This document shows positions 12,640 through 25,680 of a stretch of 64,000 bases of DNA, piece by piece. Source of the stretch: Chiloscyllium plagiosum (Eukaryota); assembly GCF_004010195.1 (NCBI RefSeq), contig NC_057756.1:2792776-2856775 (forward strand), given 5' to 3'. The notes under the pieces are model-generated. The model had not been told where the DNA came from. It made no database searches and saw nothing but the letters and a program-made list of their open reading frames with translations. A program made the translations under genes and the position numbers. Numbering within the stretch: the first letter of the stretch is position 1; the number at the start of each line of letters is the position of its first letter.

Positions 12640-12830
12640 CCAGCGAATTCTGGGGTATCTGCCCATGCGAATGGAATAACCTTTCGAGGTCATTTCCATT
12701 TTCATCGGGATGATCACTCAAAAATTTCTCACAGTTTCTCAATCCACACGACCCAACTTAACTTATATAATATCAAATTCACGTTCACCAGGACTTGTTT
12801 TTTTTTAAATCAAAGTAATAACTACGGTCA
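12640..12830 (-). pseudogene. MORC2: MORC-like fragment (end of GHKL domain)
   Basis: TVVITLI*KKTSPGEREFDII vs MORC2 [21 protein letters not shown], then DENGNDLERLFHSH vs PEGTKPERRSFRAY. Confidence 0.65.
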
Positions 12831-12899
12831 CATTCTCTAATTTAACCCTTGTCTCTCAAAATCCCTTTTGAGTACATGAAAGTGACATATTCTTTGAGA

Positions 12900-13030
12900 T
12901 TCTATTATTTCTGCATTTGTTAACAGATTTTTCATCTCCATCCATTTCCTTTAGATTGGACAAGGCTGAATAAGCATTCCATTTACACGTTCACATACCA
13001 CTGGAAGTATGTGAACTACAACATTACCTC
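12900..13030 (-). pseudogene. TOPAZ1: TOPAZ1-like zinc-finger fragment
   Basis: LPVVCERV followed by EMDGDEKSV vs TOPAZ1 LRGCERP...PEQGDEKVC. Confidence 0.5.
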
Positions 13031-13067
13031 GAGTAAAAAATAATTACAGCTAATACGTCAGGACAGG

Positions 13068-13430
13068 ATTGAATTAGAATTAGAATTAGAATTAGAATCT
13101 GAATCTCTACAGTGTGGAAAAAGCTTCTTCAGCCCAAAACGTCCACACTGTCCCTCTGATGCTTAACCCACCCAGACCCATTCCCCTACCCTATATCCTA
13201 TTCTGACCAATGCCTCTAAACTACACGTCACTGAACACTATGGGCAATATAGAGTGGCCAATACAACTAACCTGCAGCTTTTGGATTGTGGGAAGAAACC
13301 GGAACACCTGGAAGAAACACATGCAGTCGCGGGGAGAATGTGAAAACTCTACATAGTCGCCCAAGGATGGAATTGAAGTCGTTATCTGGCGCGGTGAGGC
13401 AGCAGTGCGAACTACTGAACCACCATTTCG
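13068..13430 (-). mobile_element. HE1-type SINE (older copy) with (TTAGAA)n tail
   Basis: Reverse complement resembles the HE1 copies at 35730 and 43571. Confidence 0.8.
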
Positions 13431-13479
13431 CCCTCAACGACCATCGATCATCAAACACAGAGCATCAACCATAACACAG

Positions 13480-14659
13480 TGCATCACTATCATGACAACC
13501 ACTGCAACATGTGTCAGAGTGTTGACACAAGTATCTCCATTCCACATGGGGACACGGAAATCGTGTACCCAGCAGGTTCTCATGTGACTCGGATAACATT
13601 TTGGGTTCCGCTGCAGCCAACGATGCGACAAGGCATGGTACATTGCCAATACAAAGCAGACGTTATGGTAATGGACAACTCACTACAAACACCAGACATT
13701 GGTTTCCCTCCCTGTCGGGAAACACTACTGCAGTCGGGGGCTTTCCGTCTCGGATCTTTTGCTGACTATCCTCCAATGTGGACTTCCGGACAGACAACGA
13801 TGCAAAGTGGTCGAGCAGTGACTGATATCCAAAATGAGGATACCCATGAGGATAGCCTTAATTGGAATCTTGGGTTAATGTCACACTACACACTCTCTCT
13901 CTCACACACACGCAAACACACACGTGCACACATGCACACTCATGCTAACAAACCACACTCACACAGATACATACACGCTCTCTCACGCAAACACACATAC
14001 ATTGCCCATACTCGCACACATGCACTCACCCTCTCACATGCTTGTATTCCATCAAACTCACATAAACACTTAACCAAGTTTTCATAAACACAAATGTCCT
14101 CTCTCTCACGAGCACTCACATTCATATGCATGGATTCACTCTTTCTCTCTTTCATGGCCGAATGTCTAATTCTATTTTGGAGAATTTGCATTTGCAGAAT
14201 TATATTTGCAGATATATCCAAAAATGCACAAGCTGCAGGCAGTCAAGGCAGGTAGTCAATCCATGTAATATTTTATAAATTCCTCATTGAAACTAGAAAC
14301 AATGTGACTTAGGATTTGGACACAGGCATAAGCTATCCTTACACCTTCAATGGTCTGAGCTGAGATGTCACTTTTGAAAAGAAAACGTTAAGATATCTCA
14401 AGAATGTGCACTCAAAATAAGTTCTGGGATTTCTATAATATTGAAGTGAAACTTGCAACTCATTCTGAAAGATGATCGACTTACCAGCAATCTAGGTTTG
14501 ATCAATATATCATATCGATTGCATGACACTGCAATCATTTAATGGCAATAACACGTCTAATGGCTTATGCTCCGCTTCACAATCACCGATAAAGAAGCAG
14601 TGGTCAGATAGCTAGTGCTTGCAAATATACCTGCTGGAGGTTAACCTGGTGTTGCATGA
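13480..14659 (+). mobile_element. Decayed Penelope-like element 3' part with (CA)-rich tract
   Basis: GIY-YIG-like remnant in ORF 13479-14087, a CA-rich tract at 13880-14130, and terminal CTAGTGCTT..AACCTGGTGTTG sequence typical of shark Penelope-like repeats. Confidence 0.5.
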
Positions 14660-17600
14660 TGTTGTGGACCAGACCTGACCCCTCAAAATAATTTTATGCA
14701 GGTAGCCCAGACGGTAACTTTGTTATTTATTTTGGTAAGTGTAGAACGGCTTGTCCCAAAGTGAATTCGCTGATCCGACTGCCAAGTTCTAAACAAGCAT
14801 AATTAATTCACGAAATTATAGAATGACACTCAAAGAATAAAATAGAAGACCGGTAACTTATCCTATCCAGTAACCCGATAAACTATCCAACCATATTGAT
14901 GCAGCTCCGAAAGTACTTGAAACAGTCCAATAAACTCATCACTTAGTACAAAGACTAAAAAAAGATGTCAACCAGGGCGTATCGGTTTGAAGTTGCAGTG
15001 TATCTGGCTGGACTTGCCCCAGCAGCCTTTCGTCACACACACTGCTGCTAAATAGAATCAAAAACGCTGAGCTTAATGAGCTCGCTGGTCACTCTCTTTT
15101 GATTATGCTGTTTTGTTTGAAAGACATTAAAGCCTGAGCAGGGAGGCATTATCTATTAGGGGTGAGCAAAATAGGAGCTAAAAAACCTCACAGTCCAAGC
15201 ATAGTTGAAGCATAACAAATTACGCCCTCTCTGGATAAATAACTCGACGGTATATAAACCTTGCAATAAGGCCAACAGTGTCGCAAATCCCCACTTAAGA
15301 AAATGCACCATCAACATCCAAAGATGGCTTCGTGTTTCAAAATTCCATGAAATAGTGGTTAATATCCTAAAACACACAGCTACATTCACCGACTATAAAC
15401 ATGAACATGCATAATTACATTCAGTTCCGTCTGTGGTTTCCCCACCACCGAACGTTTCCATCTGTCTTTTGAGTCTCGATAGTGCATTGGCAAACACAAT
15501 TTCTTGACCTGTCACATGCACAATTCTGAAATTGAATCGCAGTAACAACAGTCTGGTACTGTTTTCCTACATTTCTCCACAAATTACGTTAGGTTCTGTG
15601 CATTGTCTACGATTGTCTCAAATGCTTTGCTGATAATAGAAACCCTGGAATACTGTGCCAACACCAAGCGTAAAGTCTATTTTTCAACTGTTGATGTAGG
15701 ATCACCTCCCTGGTGAAACACCTGATAGGCCTTTCTAACCTCTCGTCGTATTCTTGCAAGAGCGCTGAACTGACATCCGCATCACTTGCCTCAATAGCGA
15801 CCTTGAAAAGCTTTGTGTAACCAGATGTGGGTAATACCAGAGCAATGCTTAACCTAGCCTTCAGTCTGTACAATGCCTTCTGACAGTCCGCTGTTATTTG
15901 AACTTCTTTCCTAATTTTAGCAATTTAATGAGTGGAACAGCCACACTGCTAATTTTCGGCACAAATACTCTATAAAATGCACTGACTGACAGGACATGAG
16001 CTTTGCTATATTTTGCTGTTGATTTGTGGAAAACTCCCCAATTACTTTCGTTTTTGCATCCCTTGGGGCCATTTGTCTGTGTCCAATAACCTGGCTCAGA
16101 AAGGTGACTTAGGCTTTGTCAAATTCACCTGTGGTTAGGTTCCTCACAAAGCCTGCCTTCCGAAATCGATATGACAAGTCCGATTAATGTTGAAAATGTA
16201 CCTTCCCTGGGAGACTAAAAGTCACCAGGTCATCGATGAACAAAGACAAAGTTGTGTAATCCGGCAATGATCTTATCGTTTTGTCTCTAAAATGTGGCCT
16301 GAGCATTTCTACTACCAAATGGCATAATGTTAAAATGGTGCAGTCCATTTGCCATTACAAAAGCCGAAATCATCTTTGCTATTTCTGACGAAGGTACCTG
16401 TCTGTCGCTCCTGCGTAATTCTAACTTAGAAATGTAAGTTGCTTGTCCCACCTTTTTTCAACACAGTCTTCCAGCCACACAATTAGAAACACGTCAGTCT
16501 TTGTAACTGCATTGACTTTGCGATAGATCCCACATAACGTGTTGGGTACCATCTGGCTTTAGCATCATTATTATAGTTGAGCTTCAGTTAATGTAACTCA
16601 TTCTGACTATGCCGTCTTCGATCATGCGTTCAATCTCCGTCTAACCTGTGCAAACCTTAGATGATTATCTCTTAAGAATGTTGCTTAATCAGAACTGCAT
16701 CACCCATATCTACACCGTGCACATATTGTTTCGTAATTCACAACTTATTACTACATATCTCTCCATGTAATAGTAAAAGCACGTTCAGGTCATTTTTTAT
16801 TTTTCCAAGGAAATCATTTCAATTATTTACTCCAATTTTTGACAACATCTTCATTGTCATATTCAAATTGAGGCAAGTCCAATTGACTATCCTCAAAAAT
16901 TTGTTGTTTTTTTTCCATCTGTGTTGTCATCATTAACACCTTCTCCTCACGCTTTCCTTCCTTTTCAAAATACATTTTGAGCATATCCACACGACACATT
17001 CTGTGAGAGTTGTTCCTGTTTCGAGTCCTATCAAGGTGTTCACCTCACTCAGTTTCCTTTCGATTTGCTTTTGAAGGTTCACTTATTACTGGAAGTAAAA
17101 CGTATACCTTATGACTGCTTGATAAATTGTGACTTTTTGATATCAAATGTGCTTCCTGTTTTGATTGTGTGTTGCAATACTTTTAAATGCTGTCTTGCCA
17201 ACACCCCAGCATTATGTAACCGTTCTGTGAAATTGACAAATTATGCAAATGTTTGGTCTCTGAATTCGGACTTGCTACCTTCTCCTTAATCAATTTTTAA
17301 ATACCTCTCATTGTATGCCCTAAAATCTAATTGAAACGCACAAACTTTGATCGATTCATTTTTGCATGTCTGATCACAGAAAAGCACAAACGGAATTCCT
17401 TTATTCCAGTCATCTGAATAGTCCTGACTATAAGTCCTCAAAATGGCTTTTAGTGTTTGATGCCACATTTCTGATCTTCATTCGACTGTATCTCTATCAG
17501 TATTTTTTACCGTGGAAAAAAAATTGCGTAATTCCTCTACAATCATTTTAGCTGTGGTATTGCTTAATGGGATGGCCTCTGGAAATCCAGTCGATCCATC

Positions 17601-20600
17601 CATTATTGTGAACAAATACTGATTTCTATTTCTTCTTTGAGACAGGGGACTTACTCAATCAATTTCGACTCTTCAATTGCTCGAATAGGCATTAAAGGTG
17701 CAGGTTTTATTATCGCTTGTGGTTTTCAAATTACCTGACATGTATGACACGTTTCGTAAATTTGAACAACGTCTTTGCGCAGTCCAGGCGAGGAGAAATG
17801 TCTTTGCATTTTAACGTGTGTCTTCCTCACTCCTAAATGACCTCCGAGTGATAGTTCATTCGCTAATGTCAACACCTCCCTCTCGACCTCATTTGCAAGA
17901 CAATTTAATGAATTTCTGCCCATTTCTTACCTGCTTGAATATGTAATCGTCTCCCCTTCTTCAGTAAGGCATCCTTTTTAGGTACTAATACTCAGGGATG
18001 CATCCAGATTCCACTGTGTATTTGTCTTTCACCACAACTGCATTAAATGTTCATATTTCCGCTGTAACTCAGTGAGTTTTGCAGAGCTAAATTTGTTTTC
18101 ATGATTACCTGTTTGCTCTTCTTTTGGCTCAAATATGTGATCAAAAACAGACTCTACTAATGCCATTTCAGCTTCCTTATCCATACCCTTTGATATCTCC
18201 AGTTTCAGCTATTGATACTGTGAACACGTTACTACACAACTAGGGCAGATACGAGGTTATAATTCCTGCACTACTTCCGGTACCCGAATATCCACTAGCT
18301 TTTCAACCACAGTAGGGGGCACGCCTACTGGTGAATCAAGAATATCAGTTGCAAGGACAAATTATATTGTTGGAGATGAGGTTTTGTCCACGACTCCTAA
18401 CGCACATTATCCACTCTTTTCTGGACACTCGCCTATCTTTTCATATTTGAATGTTTTGTTTTATCAAGAATTATCGTTACAAGTATTTTCTTCTGTTAAA
18501 AGTCTTTTACGATTCCATGTCTCCTCATCCTTCTGCATCAGATTGAGACGATCTATTACATTTAACAGTTTAAGCTCGTTGCTTGCTATTCGTGACCTAT
18601 GGGAATAAACTTTACCTTTGCAGATCTCTTTTCTAAGCAGATCTGGCGCTTTCCCCTTAAGGCAATTCTGATCAGCGTTTACACTCTGGTGCAATGTTCT
18701 AGATTCCATTGTGCTTTCTGTAATAATTCCGACAAAACTTCGAGACTTGACCTGTTTTCCTTCATCCGACTTCTTCCTAGCCCACCAGAACTGATTTCAT
18801 GTGGTCTACTTTGTTGCAGTGAAAACACTTGAGCTTCTTTTACGTTCCCTGTCCCTTCAATAGTTTCTATTTTAGCCTGTGCTGATTATCTTTATGATCT
18901 TCACCGACATCTACATTTTATTTCCGGCGTGAGGATTTCTCATTGGCCCAATTTCTATCCTTCATTGACTGAAATTGTTACAGGAAGCCAAACCGTGTTT
19001 TATGCACCAACTCATAATCATCAGAAATTTCGGCTGGTAACCTTGCCGTTTTAACTCTCTGCTTTTCCACATGAGTTCACCTTACTACCTCACAAAGCCT
19101 AACCTCAGCCTTCATCTCAAACCTTTTAAGCTGACTTTCCCTTCTAAGTATCATTTTCTGATGTTCAAACTCTCTCTATCTTCTTTCTTGTCTGTCACAG
19201 CCCTTCGTACTTTTTCGTTCAATTCTACTAACATCCTTCGTTCGTTTTGTTTCTCTTCTGATTTTAATCGTAACTCAAACTATTTCACTTCTGCTTCTAA
19301 CTGCAGTTTCTTCATTTGCCATTATTGTTTATCTATTTCTATAGATCATAATGGGTTTTATCAGAATATTTAAACGTTTAGCTATTCCTGAAATCATCTC
19401 ATCTTTCCTCATGTTATGAGGTAACTTAAACCCCAGCTGGTCTACTACATACCGCAACATGGCCTAATTTGCATTTCGTAAACACCCAAGGTACTTCTTC
19501 CACCTCCAGAAACGGTTTTGTCACTGTAAAAACCATTGCTCCCCGAGCATTGTATAACCAACCAAATCAACACTCGAGGAAAAGGCACTAACAGCTACCA
19601 CTCGCTGTTTATATCCTTCAAAAAGGCTCCAAACTGTTGTGGACCAGGCCTCTAAATATTTTTATGCAGGTAGCCCAGATCATAACTAAAGAAAAGGACC
19701 TTGTAGTGAATGAAACCATTGAGGAACAGGTAAGCATGCTGGAACGGATAGAGATTGAGGAAGCTCTTGTGCTGAACATTTTGACAAACATAAATATTGA
19801 CAAGTCGCCAGGGCCAGACCAGATTTGTCCTCGGCTGCTTTGGGGAGCAAGAAATGTGATTACTTCATCGCTTGCGAAGATCCTTGCATCCTCGCTCTCC
19901 ACCGGAGTCGTACCTGAGGACGGGAGGAAAGCAAATGTAATTCGTCTCTTCAAGAAAGGAAATAGGGACATACCCGGCAATTACAGACCAGTCAGTCTCA
20001 CGTCTGTCGTCTGCAAGGTGTTAGAAAGGATTCTGAGGGATAGGATTTAAATCTGGAAGAGCATGGCTTGATTAAATCCAGTCAGCACGGCATTGTGAGG
20101 GGCAGGTCATGCCTCACAACTCTTATTGAGTTCTTTGCGGTTGTTACTAGACAGTTGATGAGGGTCGAGCGGTGAATGTGGTGTACATGGACTTCAGTAA
20201 GGCATTTGATAAGGTTCCACATGGTAGGCTCGTTCAGAAGATCAGGCGGGATGTGATACAGGGAAATTTAGCTGTCTGAATACAGAATTGGCTGGTCGAC
20301 AGAAGACAGCGAGTGGTAGTAGAAGGAAAGTTTTCTGCCTGGAAGTCAGTGGTGAGTGGTGTTCCACAGGGCTCTATTCATGGGCCTCTACTCTTTGTAA
20401 TATTTATTAATGACTTGGATGAGGAGATTCAAGAATGTGTTAGCAAATTTGCAGACGATCCAAAGGTTGGAGGTGTCGTTGACAGTATATTGGACTGTTG
20501 TAGGCTGCAGCGTGACATTGACAGGATGCAGAGATGGGCTGAGAGTTGGCAGATGGAGTTCAACCTGGATAAATGCGAAGTGATGCATTTTGGAAGATCG

Positions 20601-21867
20601 AACTTGAAAGTTGAGTTCAGGATTAAAGATAGGAGTCTTGGCAGTGTGGTGGAACAGCGGGATCTTTGAGTGCAGGTACCTAAATCCCTTAAACCTGCCA
20701 CCCAATTTGACAGGGTTGTTAAGAAAGCATATGATGTTTTGGCTTTCTTTAACAGGGGGATTGAGTTGAAGAGCTGTGAGATCTAGTTGCAGCTCTATAA
20801 AATTTGGTTAGACTGCACTTGGAATACTGTGTCCAGTTCTGGTCGCCCAATTATAGGAAAGATATGGATGCTTTGGAGAGGGTTCAGAGGAGATTTAACA
20901 GAATGCTGCCTGGAATGGATGGCTTATCTTACGAAAAGAGGTTGACTGAGCTCGGAATTTTTACTTTCGAAAAAAGAAGGAAGGGAGGGGACCTAATTGA
21001 GGTGTGCAAGATAATGGGAGGCATAGATAGAGTTGATAGCCAGAGACCTTTTCGCAGGGCAGAAATTGTTAAAACGAGAGGTTATAGTTTTAAGCTGTTT
21101 GGCGTAAAGTACAGAGGGGATTTCAGAGGCGGGTTCTTTACGCAGAGGGTTGTGAGAGCAGGGAATGCATTGCCAGCAGCATTGGTGAAAGCGAGTTCAT
21201 TAAGGAACTTTAAGAGACTGCTGGACATGCATACGGTCACAGAAATTTGAGGGTTCGTACATTAGTTTACCTTACATGAGGATCAATGGTCGGCACAGCA
21301 TCGTGGGCTGAAGGGACAGTTCTATGCTGTACTGTTGTATGTTCTATGTTCTATGTTCTATAACTTGCCGAGTTATTTTAGGAAAATTCGTAGTGGCAGT
21401 TGCCAGAGAGAATTAGATGATCCGACTGCCAAGTTTTGAACGAAGATAATTTACTTATAACATAATGGATTGAGACACAAATGACACAAAATAGATTATC
21501 GGATAATAATCCTACCTGAAACCCAACAGACTATTCCGATTAAAGATGCTGCTCCGAAAATACTTGCAACAGTTCCAAATAACACATCCCTTAGCAAAAA
21601 GAGTCACCGAAGAAGCAATCCAGCATCGATTCTTTGCACACACTGATGCTGAACTAAATCAAAAACTTTACATTAAACGAAGGCTTGCTGTCCACTCTGG
21701 TTTGATTATACCGTATTTTTTAAAGACATGAACGCCTTAGGCCGAAGGCATTATCTGTTTGGTCGAATCGGAAAGCGCCCAATTAACCTTTTGAAACCCA
21801 GCCTAAATGGAACATGGCCAATTACACCCTATTTTTAAAGAAAACTCAAGGGCACAGTAACGTTTCA
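14660..21867 (-). mobile_element. Near full-length decayed Gmr1-like Gypsy retrotransposon (gag-PR-IN-RT-RH)
   Basis: Paired LTRs start TGTTGTGGACC at 14660 and 19635. On the minus strand: gag about 19500-18900, protease about 18700-18300, integrase (ORF 17726-17923 GGHLGVRKT..CHTCQ; ORF 17286-17468 DWNKGIPFVLF), RT about 16700-16100, RNase H (ORF 15607-15873 FKVAIEASDADVSSALLQE). Confidence 0.85.
19688..21359 (+). mobile_element. 5'-truncated CR1 LINE inserted in the Gypsy 5' LTR
   Basis: RT ORFs DKSPGPDQICPRLL..GNYRPVSLTS, SGVPQGS..KFADD, LEYCVQFWSP; (TTCTATG)n tail; flanked by ATAACT at 19682-19687 and 21360-21365. Confidence 0.95.
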
Positions 21868-21959
21868 AAAAGACCAACATTGTGACAATAAGTTTTAACT
21901 TTGTCCACCCCAGTCCAACAAATGCTCCTCCATATGACAACCCTCTTTCGTCACTCCAT

Positions 21960-22125
21960 ATGTGTGCTGTCAACGCTGAGGTACTAATGTTTCCTCTCAC
22001 TGAATGTCACGAAGAACAAATCAATTGGATTGACTTGAGTAAATTCATTTTGTGCATCACTTTCTGCCAAAACTATGAGTGTAATTCCTTTATCCAGAGC
22101 CTTTGGATAGTCATGACTATAAGTA
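21960..22125 (+). pseudogene. TOPAZ1: TOPAZ1-like helical-region fragment
   Basis: ORF 21882-22160 LTECHEEQINWIDLSKFILCITFCQNYECNSF vs [33 protein letters not shown]. Confidence 0.6.
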
Positions 22126-22128
22126 GGG

Positions 22129-22784
22129 TGTTACCGGCCAGGCCAGACCCCATCAAATAATTTTAAGAAGTTAGGCCAGTCCTGAACGTTTCTCACTGTT
22201 TTCAACCAACGTAGTTTGGATATGCCAGGAGTGATGCAGTTTGTCAAAATACTGGGTTTCAAGCAAAGCAGAAATTAGTTACACAGCCCGAAAAGAAGCA
22301 CAAACAAAAGAAAACCAAAGTTAGAATAACAGTGATTTGAAAACCGAATGACTATGATATGTGCCACAAATTTACAAATGAGATGCTCCAATTTCGTACA
22401 ACATTCCCATAAACGCAGTCCTTGTCAAATAAGGTACATTCAAGACAGGATCTTACGGAGAGATGTCAGAGGAAGAGAGAGGAGCAGCCACAGATCCTTT
22501 GCTGAAGCACGGAATCTCTTTCCAATGTGTCTGCAACTCCGTCCACAATGTTTCTAACATAAACTAGGGATATCGCTGAACTGGGAGAACTGGTGACTTC
22601 CCATTAATTGTACAGCTGTCAAAAAAACCAAAAAGATTCTTCCCTAACAGTTGCCTTGGCCTTTATCCGTTAAACATTGGTAAAAAATGCCGACCCAGAC
22701 GAATTGGAAATTCTGTCTATTCCCACCCTGCTGAAAAGAAAACAAGAAAAATATATTTTTTCTTAAAGAAGCAGAACTGTCTCA
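22129..22784 (-). mobile_element. Gypsy solo LTR (decayed)
   Basis: Starts TGTTACCGGCCAGGCCAGACCCC and ends ..TCTCA; similar to the other LTRs in the window. Confidence 0.65.
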
Positions 22785-22789
22785 ATAAT

Positions 22790-23040
22790 ACTTAAATGTT
22801 GTCACCACCGTTCCAGTTCTCCCTGCGATTCTGAATGATGCACGATTGAGTGAAGTTTCTTATTCTGAATACATTTTTTGCAATATTCGAGACTTTACCG
22901 TAATGTATTTCCTGTGGGTTGACCGTATCCAGTTAGGCAAAATATGAAATTTTCTGCAATCCTATTCGACTTGGTAGTGTTGAATCGATTCCTGATATCC
23001 ACTCAATGTATCCTTTTATGGCACGAAATATAAAATCTCA
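22790..23040 (-). pseudogene. MORC2: MORC-like GHKL fragment
   Basis: LPNWIRSTHRKYIT..SFRIAGRTGTVVTTFK vs [30 protein letters not shown]. Confidence 0.6.
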
Positions 23041-23950
23041 CTCTTTTGTTCGACCATTACTTCTACCATTATAGGTTGACTGTCGTCTTTCATTGCCAAC
23101 TTCTGAAGTTCAACTATTTTTTAAAAAATTCTCCCTCTGTTCTGAAGGGGGCTTCAAAGTATTGCCTTTTCTTTGTCTTCTTTACTTTTATTTGTAACTC
23201 AATGTCCTTCATTGCCTTTTTCATATTCATCTCCTTCATTGGTCATTGAATTTCAGAGATTTGAAATAATTCTGTTTGAATTACTGCCAAATGTAAGTGC
23301 CTAATTATCTCAGTCAAACAGGCCTACAACATCAGCTCATTTTTCAGTTTTGAAAGCTTTGATTTGCAAACCTTCTGCCGATCTCTTCTTCAACCGTCAA
23401 TAACTTTGCAGTTCCTGAAAAAGTTATCGTCACACAAGGCGTTCTCCATATAAATTAAGCCAATACAACACGAAAATGCATTAATCCATCACTATCTTTC
23501 ATTTCAAAATAATAGAAACCAACTGAAGAATGGAAATGTTGTTCTCCACAAAAGCCCCTAATTTATTGTGGAACAGACGAAAGTGCCTTCATACATATCA
23601 AGGAGATAGCCTGACGGTATGTTATTCTTATTTGAAGAAACGAATAAGGTACCATCTTCCAGAGATAACTCAGTTGTTTGCGCTACTGGCCTTCATACAA
23701 AACACATTTCATTTTACATTCAGTTACACCATACACAAAGGAAATAAGAATTGTTCTAACTTTAACTCTATTAGAAAATCTACCAGAATAATAGGTTATT
23801 TAACTACCAAATAGAAGCAGTTCCAATACAGCAACATCGTATACAGGCAGCCGTGCAAATGGCAAAATCAATAAATTTGATTTTTTTCACAAAAAAATCT
23901 ACAGGTCAGGAGAAAGGAGCATCTCGAGAAACTTCTGGCAGAGACAATGG
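23040..23950 (-). mobile_element. Gypsy LTR plus gag N-terminal fragment
   Basis: LTR start near 23563 with an adjacent PBS-like sequence; the gag coiled-coil remnant reads ELQKLAMK. Confidence 0.6.
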
Positions 23951-23954
23951 GGGA

Positions 23955-24084
23955 GGGAGAGAGAGATAAAGAGGTGGAGTGTGTATGTGTGAGAGATGGA
24001 TGGATCAATAGATCGATAGATTGGTAGATCGATAGACAGATAGCTAGATAGAGTGATTGATTGATTGATTGATTGATTGATAAT

Positions 24085-24120
<36 letters not shown>
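23955..24120. repeat. Compound microsatellite (GATA)/(GATT)n/(GA)n
   Basis: Directly visible. Confidence 0.95.
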
Positions 24121-24124
<4 letters not shown>

Positions 24125-24184
24125 ACGTTTGCTCTGTCGGCAAGGGTTTAGAACAGATTCTGCGAAGAAATTCAAATTCCCAAC

Positions 24185-24355
24185 ATTTGATAGGTTATCT
24201 CAAACCCTGGTAGTATGGGAGGCTGACTCGAACATTTTAGGCTGTTTCTAATCTGTCAATATTTTAAAAAACGAAGATTTTATTAGTTGTTTAATTTATT
24301 GGCTTGGAACAGAACGCTCAATATCTCACTCTTCAACTCTCCATAAAATAAGAAT
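24185..24355 (+). pseudogene. TOPAZ1: TOPAZ1-like fragment
   Basis: FDRL..F*SVNILKNEDFISCLIYWLGTER vs FNKL..[25 protein letters not shown]. Confidence 0.5.
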
Positions 24356-24919
24356 GAAATACGCCTTTTCAAGTCTTGTTCTCTTCACATTTTAAAGATC
24401 TTTCGGTATGATGGCAATTAGGATTAAAGTCATGTTTGATTATCATTGTAATATTATTGTTCCTTCTCTGTTGATGTCCTTTTAACTCGACATATCCGAA
24501 GATTTCATTCGAATTCTGTGCAGCTGAGATTGTGTCTTCAAATCTCGTCCCATGAAATTCCAGCATTCACAGAGAAACCACACGGACTTTTGCAATATCG
24601 ATTGTCAGGATAATCGCGGAGGTCTAAGGGTTCATTGATGATCTGTACCTTTGGTTCTGGGTGGATCGTTCATCAGTTCCCCAGGGTGTTTGATTTTTCT
24701 TGCAAATCTTTCTTATCACTCCTTCGCGACATCTGCTGTGCTGTGTATGTACCAGACATATGGCGTTCATTGTGACCTTCTCCAAAAGTATACAGCTTTT
24801 ATTTTTCTGTCTTGCTGGTTATTCTACTTTCAGTTTGGGAATGTCGTGATGTTTCTGTGGGGTCTATTACAATGTGTTTGTTCATGGGACAAATGGATGA
24901 ATACCAGGCCTTGCTGATG

Positions 24920-25680
24920 TATTGTGATTCACGTATCTTAATATGCCTGAAGTGGAAACGTTAAACGAAATGAGCAGCCGAAAAGGAGAAAAATATTTAG
25001 TTTAACTCTCATTATATGGGTTGATTTGTGAGTGGGTTGACATGAATAAAACAATGTCAGAGTTTACGAGATTTGTACCAAATTTTGGGGTTGCTGAGAG
25101 TGTGTTTGCTTCATAGAATGCTGAAAAAGATGTCGAGCTGAACAATCATTATGCACTATTTTGGACATCGCCAAAGCCACAGGAGAGACAATGTGCTGCA
25201 CAACTTGCAAGGAAAGACTTTTTTAACCAAAAATGTTGAAAAGAAAATCGAGGGTGCAGGAATTCTTGGGAGAGTTGTAATGTTGAGAAAGATCAAGAGT
25301 GAAATCCAGCATTAAAAATGAACTGTAATGACAATCGATTTTGGACAGAAGTTGAAATGAAAAGACTGGAACACAACTCAGATCAAATCAAGAACATTTA
25401 TTAAATTAAGTGCAGCTTAAAATCATCTTTATCAGGTAGTGTCTTACTTATGAGGCGGATACATTGAAACACTCTAACATGAAAACTGGCGTGCCCCATA
25501 TGTGGCCCAAAATAAATATTTCATTTTGAATATATTTTTTTAAAAAATAGATGAATAAGGCAGTCATTTCAAATATCTTCAAAACGTACGCTCCATTAAG
25601 TAAGAACAATAAGGTGACAACATTCTGTCTCCAAATACCAAACAATATTATACTGGTAGTATTATTTTGTATGATACATA
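24920..25680 (+). pseudogene. MORC2: Three abutting MORC-like fragments (CW; CC1; GHKL end)
   Basis: ICLKW/TLNEMSSRKGEKY..WVDMN (LCLKWRTLPFQLSSVEKDY..WVCSMN); AEKDVELNNH and VMLRKIK (AEQEVKKAEH, VMLRQVQ); ISNIFKTYAPLSKNNKVTTFCLQIPNNIILVVLF ([35 protein letters not shown]). Confidence 0.65.

Noticed and set aside
12989..13016. Perfect 10-bp hairpin GTTCACATAC/GTATGTGAAC
   Set aside because: About one such stem is expected by chance in 64 kb of AT-rich DNA; no supporting context.
13479..14087. 202-aa His/Thr-rich ORF
   Set aside because: Runs through a decayed Penelope-like element and a CA-rich tract; not a host gene.
24400..24700. Possible TOPAZ1 FEDT..EIFG (YEDD..DLFG) fragment on the minus strand
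   Set aside because: Similarity too weak in a low-complexity region, and adjacent to a Penelope remnant; not listed as a feature.
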